DNA of 64,000 nucleotides from Paramoeba atlantica. Taxonomy: Eukaryota; Protista; Discosea. The translations under genes and the position numbers were made by a program. The stretch is from NCBI GenBank assembly GCA_977017575.1, contig CDRNVI010000168.1, forward strand, positions 1 through 64,000, read 5' to 3'. Each line of letters opens with the position of its first letter. Position 1 is the stretch's first letter. The notes beneath the pieces are model-generated. The model saw only the letters and a program-made list of their open reading frames with translations. It searched no databases and was not told the DNA's origin. This document shows positions 13,001 through 24,662 of the stretch, piece after piece.

Positions 13001-14519
13001 GACCTTATTGGTCTGAGTTGTTGCACGTTCACCAGTTTTCTCGTTTGTAACAGGCCAAACCAAACCAGCTGGAGGAGGAGCCTTACGACCAGATCGCTAT
13101 TTCCCATTGTTAAAGAACGATTAAAAAAGAAAAAAAAAGAGGAATAATACAGAACTCATTCAAACAAGTAAAAAAACAAAGAATCAACAAACCTCTCGAT
13201 TAGCATAAGCACGTTTCCTTTGACCAAACATATTCATAATCATATACGGTCCTCCAACAATATAAATAGACAAGAAAACGAGAGACACTCGATAGAAGAA
13301 TGGGTTTTGTTCAGACAATCGAGGCAATGAGTTGTAAACCGCAAAAATTTCTCCACTGCAAAAATAAAACAGTCATTAAATGTCAGAAAAAGAACAAAAA
13401 TAGTAAGTTATCGAGAAATCGATCAATCATTCTTCTTTTTCTCTCTTTTTCATCCCATTTTGCTCCACCCTCCTCCAAAAATGAAAAGAAAGAAAAACCT
13501 AATGCCAGTTGGATAAAGAATCATGAACAAAGAATATCTCAAAAAGAACAAAAGTCCAGGGATTTTATCAGATGAAGTCAAAGTTGCAAAAACATAGAAC
13601 AAATAACGAGGGATCTCAACAAAAGACCAACTTCCAATCAACATATACAAAGACCAATGTTCTTTTTTGAAGGAAATAAAAAGTTTTAAAAATCCATGAC
13701 ACTCAACAATAGAGAGAACAAATCAAGAGAACAAAAACCTTGAGATGCAGGACTTGGAGAAAGATAGGCCCACACAACAAACACACGACCCCCAACCTAT
13801 CACAAAGAAAATCAATCATTTTGATTCCATATTTGTTTTAATAATCAAAGAATAAGAAAAAAATAGATCAAAAAAAAAGGAAGAAAAGGAATAGAAGAAA
13901 GAAAGATGAAAGAAGAACAAAACCTGGATAAAAGTTGTGAGAAGAGGAGAACGAACCAATCCAAACAACGAGTGAAAAATTTCCAAAGTTGCTGCAGTTT
14001 GGACCACTTTAAGAGGAAACTCAACTTGTTCTAAAAGAGAAATTAGACCAAGAAAAAGAGAAATAATGGTATTCAAGAAAAGAGAAGAAATGCCACACTA
14101 CAAGAAGGAATTTCACTCTAAATCAAAGGAACCAAACAAAAAGAGGAAAGAAAAAAAAACACAAAACCAATTCATAAAAGTTAGGAAAAAACAAACAAAA
14201 GAAAATAAAAAAGGAAGAGGTAAAAAAATAACAAAAACCATAAAACACTCAGCAAGTCCTTTGTCCGCTGGACCCCACCAAACGAACCACAACCAAAGAG
14301 AAAACAGAAAGGAGAAAGGAGAAAAGACAAAAGACAAAAGACAAAAGACAAAAAGACAAAAAGACAAAGAGAAAGAGAAAAACCATAAAACTCAGCAGGA
14401 GGATCAGGTCCTTGTCCACTGGACCCCATCAAATGAACCACAACCAAAGAGAAAACAAACCCCCATCCCACACACGAAACCAAATTGTACAAAATCAAAT
14501 ACAATTGGAGAATCCCCAT
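10012..14519 (-). CDS. HACD: HACD/PTPLA 3-hydroxyacyl-CoA dehydratase fused to an SDR/Rossmann-like domain, copy 1 (about 19 exons, roughly 770 aa by hand count)
   Basis: YLILYNLVS, QTAATLEIFH, SWSFVEIPRY, RYSLFMILYPTGISGE, MFGQRKR continue without a stop via intron 13097-13192 into GLVWPV..., LLGATSAMGP, GPNYALAKRLQ, SNVAPSTAT, FHGGVSRC and a hydrophobic tail. Confidence 0.85.
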
Positions 14520-15053
14520 CTTTGAAAAAACCTCTTTTCTTCTCTTTCTCTCTCTCTCTGACTTTTCTCACCAACAAACCAAAACCAAACTCTTCCAAAA
14601 AGAAAAAGAAAAAGAAAAGTGAAAAGGAAAGGGACCTTCAGCTCTTTTCGGAAAAAGAAAGAAAGAGAAAGGAGAGAGAGAAAGGAGGGTGTGTCAGTCC
14701 ATGACGCGATCGAGGTTTTTTCTTTGAGATTGTTTTTTCCTCCTCTCCGAAAAGGAAGAGAAATCTTTTTTCACTTCTTGACAAAAGAGAGGAAAGATTT
14801 TGATTTCATTTTTTCTTTTTGGCCAAAAAAAAATTGAGATCGATCTTTCTTGGAGCAAGAGTTCGAGATTCGGTGCGAATGGAAAAAAAAAGGACCAAGA
14901 CAAAACTCAATAAAACTCTTTTATACTTTATTTGGTATTTTTTTGTACTTTTTCAACCCATAAACGGAAATATTACAACGCAAACAAAAAAGTGAAAATG
15001 AATATTTTATTATTCAAACTTCACCACTTTTCAAAGAAAGAAACAAACGTTGT

Positions 15054-15548
15054 TCAGGCACTTTCAGTACAACCATCCCCCTGCTGACTGCTTTTCGCCA
15101 AAAGACTAAGAAATCCTCCATAATCACCATAAAGATCAATCTGAATTGCCTTGTCTCCTGCGAAGACGAGTTTCATGCAGAAAGTATTAATCGAATTTTC
15201 TCCGTTTGGCAGAGTACCAGTGTACACTCCATCTAAATGAACTCTGGACCCATCACTACTCTCAAAATAGTCAGTCAGATAGGTACGAAAATCTCCACCC
15301 TTTGGGAACCAAACATCCATCTCCGAGGTCAAACTATCAACACCAACAGAATATCGTCCATTAGATCGAGGAGCAAAATGTTGGTTGAATTGAACATTCT
15401 CATCTGCCAACTGGCTATTGGACTTCCGGCTGTTTTTCGCTCCGAGCTCGTTGACCCATTTTCGGACTTGATTTGCATGGGAACCGTCGTCGTCGCAAGA
15501 AGAGAGGGCCACCAGACCAAGGAAGAAGATAACGAGAAAAGTTTTCAT
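15054..15548 (-). CDS. Secreted SnoaL/NTF2-like protein, intronless, 164 aa
   Basis: ATG start and signal peptide MKTFLVIFFLGLVALSSC; alpha/beta pattern (ADENVQF...GVDSL...DFRTYLTDYF...VHLDGVYTGT...LVFAGDKAIQIDLYGD) typical of SnoaL-like folds. Confidence 0.65.
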   Translation of the reverse strand: MKTFLVIFFLGLVALSSCDDDGSHANQVRKWVNELGAKNSRKSNSQLADENVQFNQHFAPRSNGRYSVGVDSLTSEMDVWFPKGGDFRTYLTDYFESSDGSRVHLDGVYTGTLPNGENSINTFCMKLVFAGDKAIQIDLYGDYGGFLSLLAKSSQQGDGCTESA

Positions 15549-15850
15549 TTTTGAAAAAGGTTATTTGTGAAAGAGTTTTCGTTCGTGAACGTGACACTTG
15601 CTTTCCAACAAACCGAATAGAAAAAACAAAAAAAGAGAATTCTGCCCAAAAAAAAGAGAGAGTGTCCCAAGGATCAAATTAGGAAAATGTCAAATTTGGA
15701 CTTTTCAGGCCATCAAAAAAATCGAAGTTCATTCATTGAGCGAACAGCCTGAGGAAAAATGAAAACAAGTCTTCTTGTGTTTACTTTTTTTGTCTTTTCT
15801 TTTTATTATTTTTGGAAAAAAAAAATGATGTGTGTTGTTATATTGGGAAG

Positions 15851-18800
15851 TTAAAAGGGAGAAATATCACCAGTAACAACCCAATGACCAACAGCAGTCG
15901 CTCCAACCAAAAATGAGAGAATTCCAAAACCAAATTTCTTCAAATAAAAGGAAATAACTGCTGCTTCTCCAATTGATCCAACCTTGAAAGCACAACGAGA
16001 AACTCCTCCATGGAATGCACCATGTTCAAAAAGTTGGAATGGATTCACCAAAGGATACTTTTCAACGAGAAAAAGGAGAAAAAGGAAAAAGGAGGGGGGG
16101 TGGAAAGAGAGGAGATCAGAATAAAGAACAAATTTACTCCAAAAAGAAAAAAACACAATTCAAGAATTTTAAAAAAAATAATTAAAAGAAAAAAAAAACC
16201 TGAGGATGAGAAGCAGATTTAACATTTCTGACATCATGCAACAACAAAATACCCATCACAGCATTTGAAGTTTCCTATTTTGTTTTCGTGTGAAAAAAAA
16301 AGAACACATTTTGGAATCACAAAACAAACAAACAAAAGAGAAGAAAGGAAAGAGGAGAGAGAGGAGAGAGGAGACCTGGTACATCACTTCAAGAGGAGGG
16401 AAAAGATGGAATCCACCATAAGCTGCTGCAAACTGAGCATTGTGAACAACAGATTTTGTTGCTGTTGATGGAGCCACATTGGAACAAGCCACATGACCTT
16501 CTTCACGAGCAACAACAACTCTCCAATGCTGTGAAAAGAGTCATATTTTTTCATGTGTTAAAAAAATTTAAAAAATAAAAATAAAAAAGAACTTTCATTT
16601 TCATCTTATCTCTCTCTTCCATTTCATCCATCATCACAAAACTTTTAAAAAAAAAGAAAAAAAGAAAGAAAAGAAAAAACCTGAAGACGTTTAGCAAGTG
16701 CATAATTAGGTCCTTGAGCTGCAACAATTCCATCAACAAGATACATTTCTTGTCCATCTTGAGTTTTGACTGGAGCAATTTGATTCTTTTTCAAAATCTG
16801 TTTTCCCAAACAAAAAAAAACAAAGAAAAGGAGAGAGGGAAAAGGGAGTGAGAACCAACAAAATAAGAAAAGAAAAGAAGAAATTATTTGAAAAGAAAGA
16901 GAGAAAAAAACATTTCCAAATCCCAAAAAGCGGAAAAGACTTTGCCAAAGAGGAACTTTCGCTGCATTTCTTCCCATTTCATCATGAGCTTCCTATTTTT
17001 ATTCACAAAAAATATTAAAATCAATTGTAAAATACCACACACACCCCCCCCCCCCAAAAAAAAAGTCAACAAAAAGAAAAAAGAAAAAAAAAGAAAAAAA
17101 AAGAAAAAAAAAAAGAAAAAAAAATAACCTTTGGAATAACATGAACATCAGTTGGAGTGCACAAAAATGCAACAGAGGTTTGTTTGTGGTATTTACAAAC
17201 TCTTTCAATGATTCCATCACAAGCAACAGATAACTATGAATCAATCAGATTTTTCACAACACAACACAACACACATAACAAAAAAAATCTTTCTTTTTCA
17301 AAGAATTAGAAAGGGTGAAAAAAATAGAATCATCTTTTCAAAAAACCTGAACATGTAAAGCACCATCCAAATAAGTGTAATTTCCAATTGTAACTCCTCC
17401 CTCATATTTCAATGAAGTCAACCATCTTGCAATCTCAGGAGTATCTTTCAATAAGTCAGCACCTGCACACCCATACATCTCTTCGCTATCCTCCCCCAAA
17501 ACTTTATCAGATTTGTATGGGAATGTCATACTTCCACATGATTTCTTGACTCTGTTGATCAATTTCTTCCAAATAAAGTCTCGGTTCAAATCTACACAAA
17601 TTTAAAAAAACAATATGTTAGAGGAAAGAAAGAAAAAGAAAGAAAAAGAAAGAAAAAGAAAGAAAGAAAAAGAAAAACCAATTGCTACAATGTGAGCACC
17701 ATGTTGAAGGAGAAATTCAAGTGGACCCATTGCTGATGTTGCTCCAAGAAGAATAAAAGTATGGTCTGAAAGATCAAGCCACTTTTAAAAAAATCAAAAG
17801 GATTAATTTCTTGATACAACAAAAAGAAAGAAAGAAAGAAAGAAAAAGAAAAAAACCTCAGGATGATCAACACAAGCTCGAATAGCATCAGCAGCACTTT
17901 GTTCAATTGTTCCATATTCCACCCAAACATCTAATTGGTTCAAAAGTTGTTTTCCTTTCAAAACAGTTTCATCATCACGATAGGTGTAATAAGGTCGAGG
18001 AGCACCAGACTTTTGTCTTCTTGATCCTCCATAAGGGACTTCAACCTTTTGTAATGATTGGTGAGTGAGTGAAAGACATGAAAAAAGAAAGGGGAAGGGG
18101 GGAATAAAGGGGGGAATAAAGGGGAGGAGAAAGAGGAGAAAGAGGGGAAAGAGGGAAAAGGAAACAAACAAAAGAAAGAAAGAAAAAAAATACCTCAGCA
18201 TGTTTGGGTTGTGGGAGTTCACCTTTCACAAAACCAGTTCGATAAATGAGTTTACTAATTTCAAAAATCAATTTCATTTTTGGTAAAATATGAAAGAAAA
18301 TCAAAAAAAAAACCCATTATCCATAGCTTTTGCGAAAGATGTTGTCTTTCCATCTTGAATGAATTCAAAAGAGTTTTGAGCAACTTCTAATCCATCCTAA
18401 AATTCCAATAAATTATCAAAAAAAATGCTCTTTTCTTTGTTTTGAAGAAAGAGAGAGAGAGAGAGAGAGAGAGGAAAAAGAGAGATTAAAAACCTTTGCA
18501 ATCTTGAAAGCATTTTCAGGAGATTCTAAACATTTTCGAACATTGTTCACGATGTGTCTTCCATATCCAAATCTCCATTTCTTCTCTCTTCTCACCTGTA
18601 CAAGTTTCAATTCAGTGTTTATTGAATATTTCAAAGAGTTCAAAGTATCCTTTTTGAAAAAAAAAAAAGAGAGACCTTTTCAGCAAGTTCAGCATCAACT
18701 GCTTCAATTGACCCTGCAAAGATGACCTTCGAGGAAAAAAGAGAAAGAATATATCAAAAAAAAAAAGAGAAAGGAAAAATAAAAAATAGAAATTGATTCA

Positions 18801-20336
18801 CAGACCTTATTGGTCTGAGTTGTTGCACGTTCACCAGTTTTCTCGTTTGTAACAGGCCAAACCAAACCAGCAGGAGGAGGAGCCTTACGACCAGATCGCT
18901 ATTTCCCATTGTTAAAAAACGATTAAAAAAGAAAAAAAAAGAGGAATACTAAAGATAAATCCAACAGAACTAATTCAAACAAGGAAAAAAACAAAGAATC
19001 AACAAACCTCTCGATTAGCATAAGCACGTTTCCTTTGACCAAACATATTCATAATCATATACGGTCCTCCAACAAGATAAAGAGACAATAAAACAAGAGT
19101 AAATCGATAGAAGAATGGGTTTTGTTCAGACAATCGAGGCAATGAGTTGAAAATCACAAAAATTTCTCCACTGCAAAAATAAAACAGTCATTAAATGTCA
19201 GAAAAAGAACAAAAATAGTAAGTTCTCAAGAAATCGATCAATCATTCTTCTTTTTCTCTCTTTTTCATCCCATTTTGCTCCACCCTCCTCCAAAAATGAA
19301 AAGAAAGAAAACCTAATGCCAGTTGGATAAAGAATCATGAACAAAGAATATCTCAAAAAGAACAAAAGTCCAGGGATTTTATCAGATGAAGTCAAAGTTG
19401 CAAAAACATAGAACAAATAACGAGGAATCTCAACAAAAGACCAACTTCCAATCAACAAATACAAAGACCAATGTTCTTTTTTGAAGGAAACAAAATTTAA
19501 AAGAGGAAAAGGGATCAAAAGTTCGAGAACCAATAAAAGCACAACAACCCAAAGCACATCAACAATAGAGAGATATCAAATAAAGAGAACAAAAACCTTG
19601 AGATGCAGGACTTGGAGAAAGATAGGCCCACACAACAACCAAACGAGACCCAACCTATCCCCAAAGAAGAATCAGTCATTTTGGTTCAATTTTTTTCATT
19701 AACAAGAAGAAACAAGAAACCTGAATAATATTTGTAACAACAGGAGAACGAACAAAGCCAAGCAACGAGTGAAAAATTTCCAAAGTTGCTGCAGTTTGGA
19801 TCACTTTAAGAGGAAATCCAACTTGCTCTAAAAAAAAAAGGGAAAAGGTTTTGATCAAGAAAGAAAAAGAAGGAGAAGAAAAAATTCTCTCAAGATTAAA
19901 TGAACCACACAAACAGAGAGAAAACAGAAGGAAAAAAGAAAGAATAAGAAATAAACATCAAATCGAGAGGTTGTCCATTTGACCCACAAAAAAGAAAGAA
20001 AAAAAAAACATAAAAAACGCGAAAATCAATCAGGTCCATTGGACATTTCCATGTAGATAACTCAAAGAACCCCACAAAGAAAGTAAAACAAAAAAAAAAA
20101 AAACTAAAAAACAAGAAAGATGAAGACGTCGTTGGATATGAACCGCTCATCAAATAAAACACAAATAATAACAAATCAAAAGAAAGAGAAAAAGAAAAAC
20201 CATAAAACTCAACAGCAGGATCAGGTCCTTGTCCATTGACTCCCATCAAATGAACGACAAACAAATAGAAAAGGTACGCCCAGCCAGCAGCCGAAACCAA
20301 ATTGTACAAAATAAGATACAATTGGATAACTCCCAT
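15851..20336 (-). CDS. HACD: HACD::SDR-like fusion, copy 2
   Basis: Same exon structure as copy 1; fusion intron 18899-19007; C-terminal exons nearly identical. Confidence 0.85.
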
Positions 20337-20521
20337 CTTTGAATAAATCTCTTTTTTCTCTCAAATACGAACCGAACACAACAAGAAAAGAAAGAGAAAG
20401 ACAAGCGAAGAGCGCCACAGAAAAAAAAAAAAAAAAGAAAAGCGGAAAAGGGAGGATGTTTTTTCAGATGTTTTTAAATAACTTTTTTGATTTTTCAAAG
20501 GTAAAAAAGGATTTCGACGCG

Positions 20522-21889
20522 TCAGTCCATGACGCGGTCAAGAATCTCTTGTTTCGAGGGTTTTGGCAGGAATTGAGGAGGTTTTTCTATCTCTTTGTTA
20601 ATTTCAAGGAGTTCTTTTAATGCCTGAATGAGGAGAGCATTTACGGGCATAATTCTCTTTCCAGGATCAAATTCAGCTGGAACAAATCGATACTGTAAGT
20701 TCATTTGGTAGGTCAGAGCTGTAAACATGGAAGGAGCACTCAATCCAATCTCAATGACCCCCATCATTGAAGGACTGCAAATGAGATTTGACATGGCAGC
20801 ACCGTGTGCAACAATTACCAAGTCGTATTTGTTGAAGAGAAGACAATTCCCAACGAAAGATTTGTTATATGGAGAAGGATCATACTCATAATAAGTGATT
20901 GAAATCTTTCCTTTTTCTGAGGATGGCATATTCGACGTCGCAATCCCTTTTTTGACTGCCTTAATAACTGCAGATGGGTCAACAAATGAACGAATGGCAC
21001 CTGGAGGTCGGTCATAAATCAAAATCGATTGGTAATAGGGTGAATGGCGATGATGATGGACACTCGAAGGGTGTGTTTTGATGAGAGTGTTGTTATTGTT
21101 GTGGGGAGTTCTGCTGAGTGTTGGAGTGTAAGTCCCATTTTTTTTCAAGAATTGATGAAGAAAGAGGCGAAAAGTCGAGACTGTCGCAGGTGAATCAAAC
21201 CAAGCACCACAATGCCCAATATTTTCTTGTCGGAGAAAAACACAGTTCCGTCTGGTGACCGCTGAAAATTTCAAACTTTTTTTGATTTCTTTTCCTTTTT
21301 CATTAAAAGGGAGATGAACCTGTATCCAAAAAAGTATAAACGATTAGAATTAATAAGAGAATGAAGAACAAGTCAAATGTGAGAACATCACAATACATTC
21401 CATTTTTAATTTAAAAAGAAAAAAAGGAAACTCTTTTTGGGAAAACCTAACCTTCAGATTAAGCTTAGGCTGAAAAAAGGAGACGATGCCATCAAGGAGT
21501 GGTTGGTAATAATGTCTCCAAACGGTGAGCCTCTTTCGGTCATATTGGCAATAAACAAGATTTGTTGTTGGTCGAGTCGTCGTGGAAAAGGTGCTCCAGG
21601 TCTTCCCTTTCATTGTTTCTTTGGACATTGAAAGTTTTCGAAGGTATGAAAACATCGAGGTAAAAGACATTTGGAGATGACCAAGTGCTGCTTTGTCTTC
21701 AAGAAGGAAAGCTTCTTCATGAGATTGAGAGTGAATATGAATATCGAACGAACTGATCAAATCATGGATAGGCTTGCCTTGAATCCTCATCGGAGGAGCC
21801 CAATCATAGGGATCAGAGTCAGCATCAGCACCACAACAAGACGAAAAAAGAAAACCCACAAAAAAAAAGTGAAGGAAAGTCCATCTCAT
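20522..21889 (-). CDS. Glycosyltransferase family 61 (DUF563)-like protein, one intron
   Basis: Signal/anchor MRWTFLHFFFVGFLF; C-terminal DLVIVAHGAAMSNLICSPSMMGVIEI is the GT61 HGA-x-x-N signature; intron LNLK|VHLPF is in frame. Confidence 0.75.
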
Positions 21890-22262
21890 CGCTACATGAG
21901 GGGCGGTTTGGAGACAGGAAAAGGAGGAGAAGAGAAGAGAAACGGAAAACAAAAGAAGAAAGAGCGAAGGGAACTGGGAGTGATGACACAAAAAGGGGCG
22001 GACGCGTTCAAGCAAAGGTTTTTCGCAAGGTTGTTTGATGGTTGCCAAAAAAAAAAAAAAAAATCCAAGAAAAAACTTCTCATCTTCACCGAAAATGTAG
22101 TGCAGTCTTTTTGTCTATTTTTATTATTGGAGTTTTGTTCAAAAGAGTTGCATTTATTTTTCTGAAGAAAATCCCCGCTTTTTTCTTTCTTTTTTCTTTT
22201 TTCACACTTTTCTTTTTGGGTGAGTGGACAAGAAGAGCAACCGTTGCTTTTGTTTGGGACCA

Positions 22263-24455
22263 ATGGCTCGTTTATTATTCTTCGCGTTCGTCTTCTCTCT
22301 GTTCTTTGTCTTTGCATCTTTTTCAGATGCTCCTTCGGATCTCTCTTTGAATGTTCGAGCGAAAAAGGGTGTGGATGATTTTTCGGATCCAGAAACTATC
22401 GCTGATAGCGATCTTCCGACTCCTTCTCCAGCCCCAGCCCCCTCGCCAAATCCGGTCCCTTCGCCAGTCCCTTCTCCAAATCCAGTTCCCTCTCCAAACC
22501 CAGTTCCCTCTCCAAACCCAGTTCCCTCTCCAAACCCAGTCCCCTCTCCAAACCCCGTCCCTTCACCAAATCCAGTCCCCTCTCCAAACCCAGTCCCCTC
22601 TCCAAACCCCGTCCCTTCACCAAATCCAGTTCCCTCTCCTAATCCAGTTCCCTCTCCTAACCCAGTTCCCTCTCCAAACCCTGTCCCTTCACCAAATCCA
22701 GTTCCCTCTCCAAACCCAGTCCCCTCTCCAAACCCTGTTCCCTCTCCTAACCCTGTCCCTTCACCAAATCCAGTTCCTTCACCAAATCCAGTTCCCTCTC
22801 CTAATCCAGTTCCCTCTCCAAACCCTGTTCCCTCTCCTAATCCTGTTCCCTCTCCAAACCCCGTCCCTTCACCAAATCCAGTTCCCTCTCCTAATCCAGT
22901 TCCCTCTCCAAACCCCGTCCCTTCACCAAATCCAGTCCCCTCTCCTAACCCTGTTCCTTCTCCTAACCCAGTCCCCTCTCCTAACCCTGTTCCTTCTCCA
23001 AACCCTGTTCCTTCTCCAAACCCTGTTCCCTCTCCTAATCCAGTCCCCTCTCCTAACCCTGTTCCCTCTCCTAACCCAGTCCCCTCTCCTAACCCTGTTC
23101 CTTCTCCTAACCCTGTTCCTTCTCCTAACCCTGTTCCTTCTCCTAACCCTGTTCCTTCTCCAAATCCAGTCCCCTCTCCTAACCCTGTTCCCTCTCCTAA
23201 TCCAGTCCCCTCTCCTAATCCAGTCCCCTCTCCTAACCCAGTTCCCTCTCCTAACCCAGTTCCCTCTCCTAACCCTGTTCCTTCTCCTAACCCTGTTCCT
23301 TCTCCTAACCCTGTTCCTTCTCCAAATCCAGTCCCCTCTCCTAACCCTGTTCCCTCTCCTAACCCAGTCCCCTCTCCTAACCCTGTTCCTTCTCCAAATC
23401 CAGTCCCCTCTCCTAATCCAGTCCCCTCTCCTAACCCTGTTCCCTCTCCTAACCCTGTTCCCTCAGTCGTTCCTTCTCCTAATCCAATTCCTTCTCCTAA
23501 TCCAGTTCCCTCAGTCGTTCCCTCCCCTAACCCAGTTCCCTCTCCTAACCCTGTTCCCTCTCCTAACCCTGTTCCCTCTCCTAACCCTGTTCCCTCAGTC
23601 GTTCCTTCTCCTAATCCAGTTCCCTCTCCTAATCCAGTTCCCTCAGTCGTTCCCTCCCCTAACCCAGTTCCCTCCCCTAACCCAGTTCCCTCCCCTAATC
23701 CAGTTCCCTCAATCGTTCCTTCTCCTAACCCAGTCCCCTCTCCTAATCCTGTCCCCTCAGTCGTTCCTTCTCCAAATCCTGTTCCCTCCCCTAACCCAGT
23801 TCTCAATCCTTCTCCTGCTCCAAATCCATCTCCAGTTCCAAATCTTTCACCAATCCCAAGTCCCTCTACAGCCCCAAATCCTTCTCCAGCTCCCAACCCT
23901 TCTCCAGCTCCAGTTTCTGTCCCCACTCCCATTTTCTTTGGAATTCCCTCTCCAACCCCTTCCCCTCCTCCTACCCCTTCTCCAAACCCTTCTCCAGTCC
24001 CAAACCCTTCTCCAGTCCCAAACCCTTCCCCAAACCCTTCTCCAGTCATGAATCCTTCTCCAGTCCCCAACCCTTCTCCAAACCCTTCTCCAGTCCCAAA
24101 CCCTTCCCCCAACCCTTCTCTAAACCCTTCCCCCAACCCTTCTCCTGTCCCGAATCCTTCTCCAGTCCCCAATCCTTCTCCAGCCCCCAACCCCTCTCCC
24201 TCACCTCCTCCCTCTCCCTCACCTCCACCCTCTCCCTCTCCTCCTCCATCTCCTTCTCCTCCTCCCACTCCCAAGCCAAAGAACAATAGCCACGCTTGGT
24301 TGATTGTTGTGATTGTTTTGGCCTGTTTGGTTGGTTTGGCAATTATTATTGGTATTGTTACATTTATTATCACTTCTTCAAAGAGGAGTGATGGTTATGA
24401 ATTGCTTGGAGAAGGGACACCTGGGGATGATGATCAGTTGATCTTGAATCCTTGA
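22263..24455 (+). CDS. Type I membrane protein with a long (PSPNPV)n extensin/mucin-like stalk
   Basis: Signal peptide MARLLFFAFVFSLFFVFA; about 70 hexapeptide units with third-position variation; TM AWLIVVIVLACLVGLAIIIGIVTFII; tail containing YELL. Confidence 0.85.
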   Translation: MARLLFFAFVFSLFFVFASFSDAPSDLSLNVRAKKGVDDFSDPETIADSDLPTPSPAPAPSPNPVPSPVPSPNPVPSPNPVPSPNPVPSPNPVPSPNPVPSPNPVPSPNPVPSPNPVPSPNPVPSPNPVPSPNPVPSPNPVPSPNPVPSPNPVPSPNPVPSPNPVPSPNPVPSPNPVPSPNPVPSPNPVPSPNPVPSPNPVPSPNPVPSPNPVPSPNPVPSPNPVPSPNPVPSPNPVPSPNPVPSPNPVPSPNPVPSPNPVPSPNPVPSPNPVPSPNPVPSPNPVPSPNPVPSPNPVPSPNPVPSPNPVPSPNPVPSPNPVPSPNPVPSPNPVPSPNPVPSPNPVPSPNPVPSPNPVPSPNPVPSPNPVPSPNPVPSPNPVPSPNPVPSPNPVPSPNPVPSVVPSPNPIPSPNPVPSVVPSPNPVPSPNPVPSPNPVPSPNPVPSVVPSPNPVPSPNPVPSVVPSPNPVPSPNPVPSPNPVPSIVPSPNPVPSPNPVPSVVPSPNPVPSPNPVLNPSPAPNPSPVPNLSPIPSPSTAPNPSPAPNPSPAPVSVPTPIFFGIPSPTPSPPPTPSPNPSPVPNPSPVPNPSPNPSPVMNPSPVPNPSPNPSPVPNPSPNPSLNPSPNPSPVPNPSPVPNPSPAPNPSPSPPPSPSPPPSPSPPPSPSPPPTPKPKNNSHAWLIVVIVLACLVGLAIIIGIVTFIITSSKRSDGYELLGEGTPGDDDQLILNP
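22440..23800 (+). repeat. 18-bp coding minisatellite (CCNTCNCCNAAYCCNGTN)
   Basis: Direct tandem units encoding PSPNPV, with occasional PSVV insertions. Confidence 0.95.
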
Positions 24456-24662
24456 AAAAGGATATTGAGAGTAAAGATATTTTTTTTCAACTATTCCAAT
24501 TCATTTTTCAATTTTTTTTTTTTGAACCCCCAAAATTATCAAAAAATTTGAGAGAGAGAAACTAAAGAGAGGAGGGATTCTTTGTTTTGTTTTGAGAGAA
24601 ACAATAGAAGAAAATAGGATGCTGATTTGGAGATATTGGTCCTTTGATTCATAAAGTGTTAC

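Larger units (their letters stand above)
9920..20540. repeat. Direct segmental duplication (about 9920-14710 and 15760-20540) flanking a single-copy SnoaL-like gene
   Basis: Long near-identical exon and intron sequence in both units; homology is detectable from the 3' flank to the GTCAGTCCATGACGCG element. Confidence 0.9.

Noticed and set aside
22202-24373. 723-aa (GEGTGL)n ORF on the minus strand and the 566-aa +1-frame ORF
   Set aside because: Shadows of the PSPNPV repeat; only the plus frame has a signal peptide, TM segment and third-position variation.
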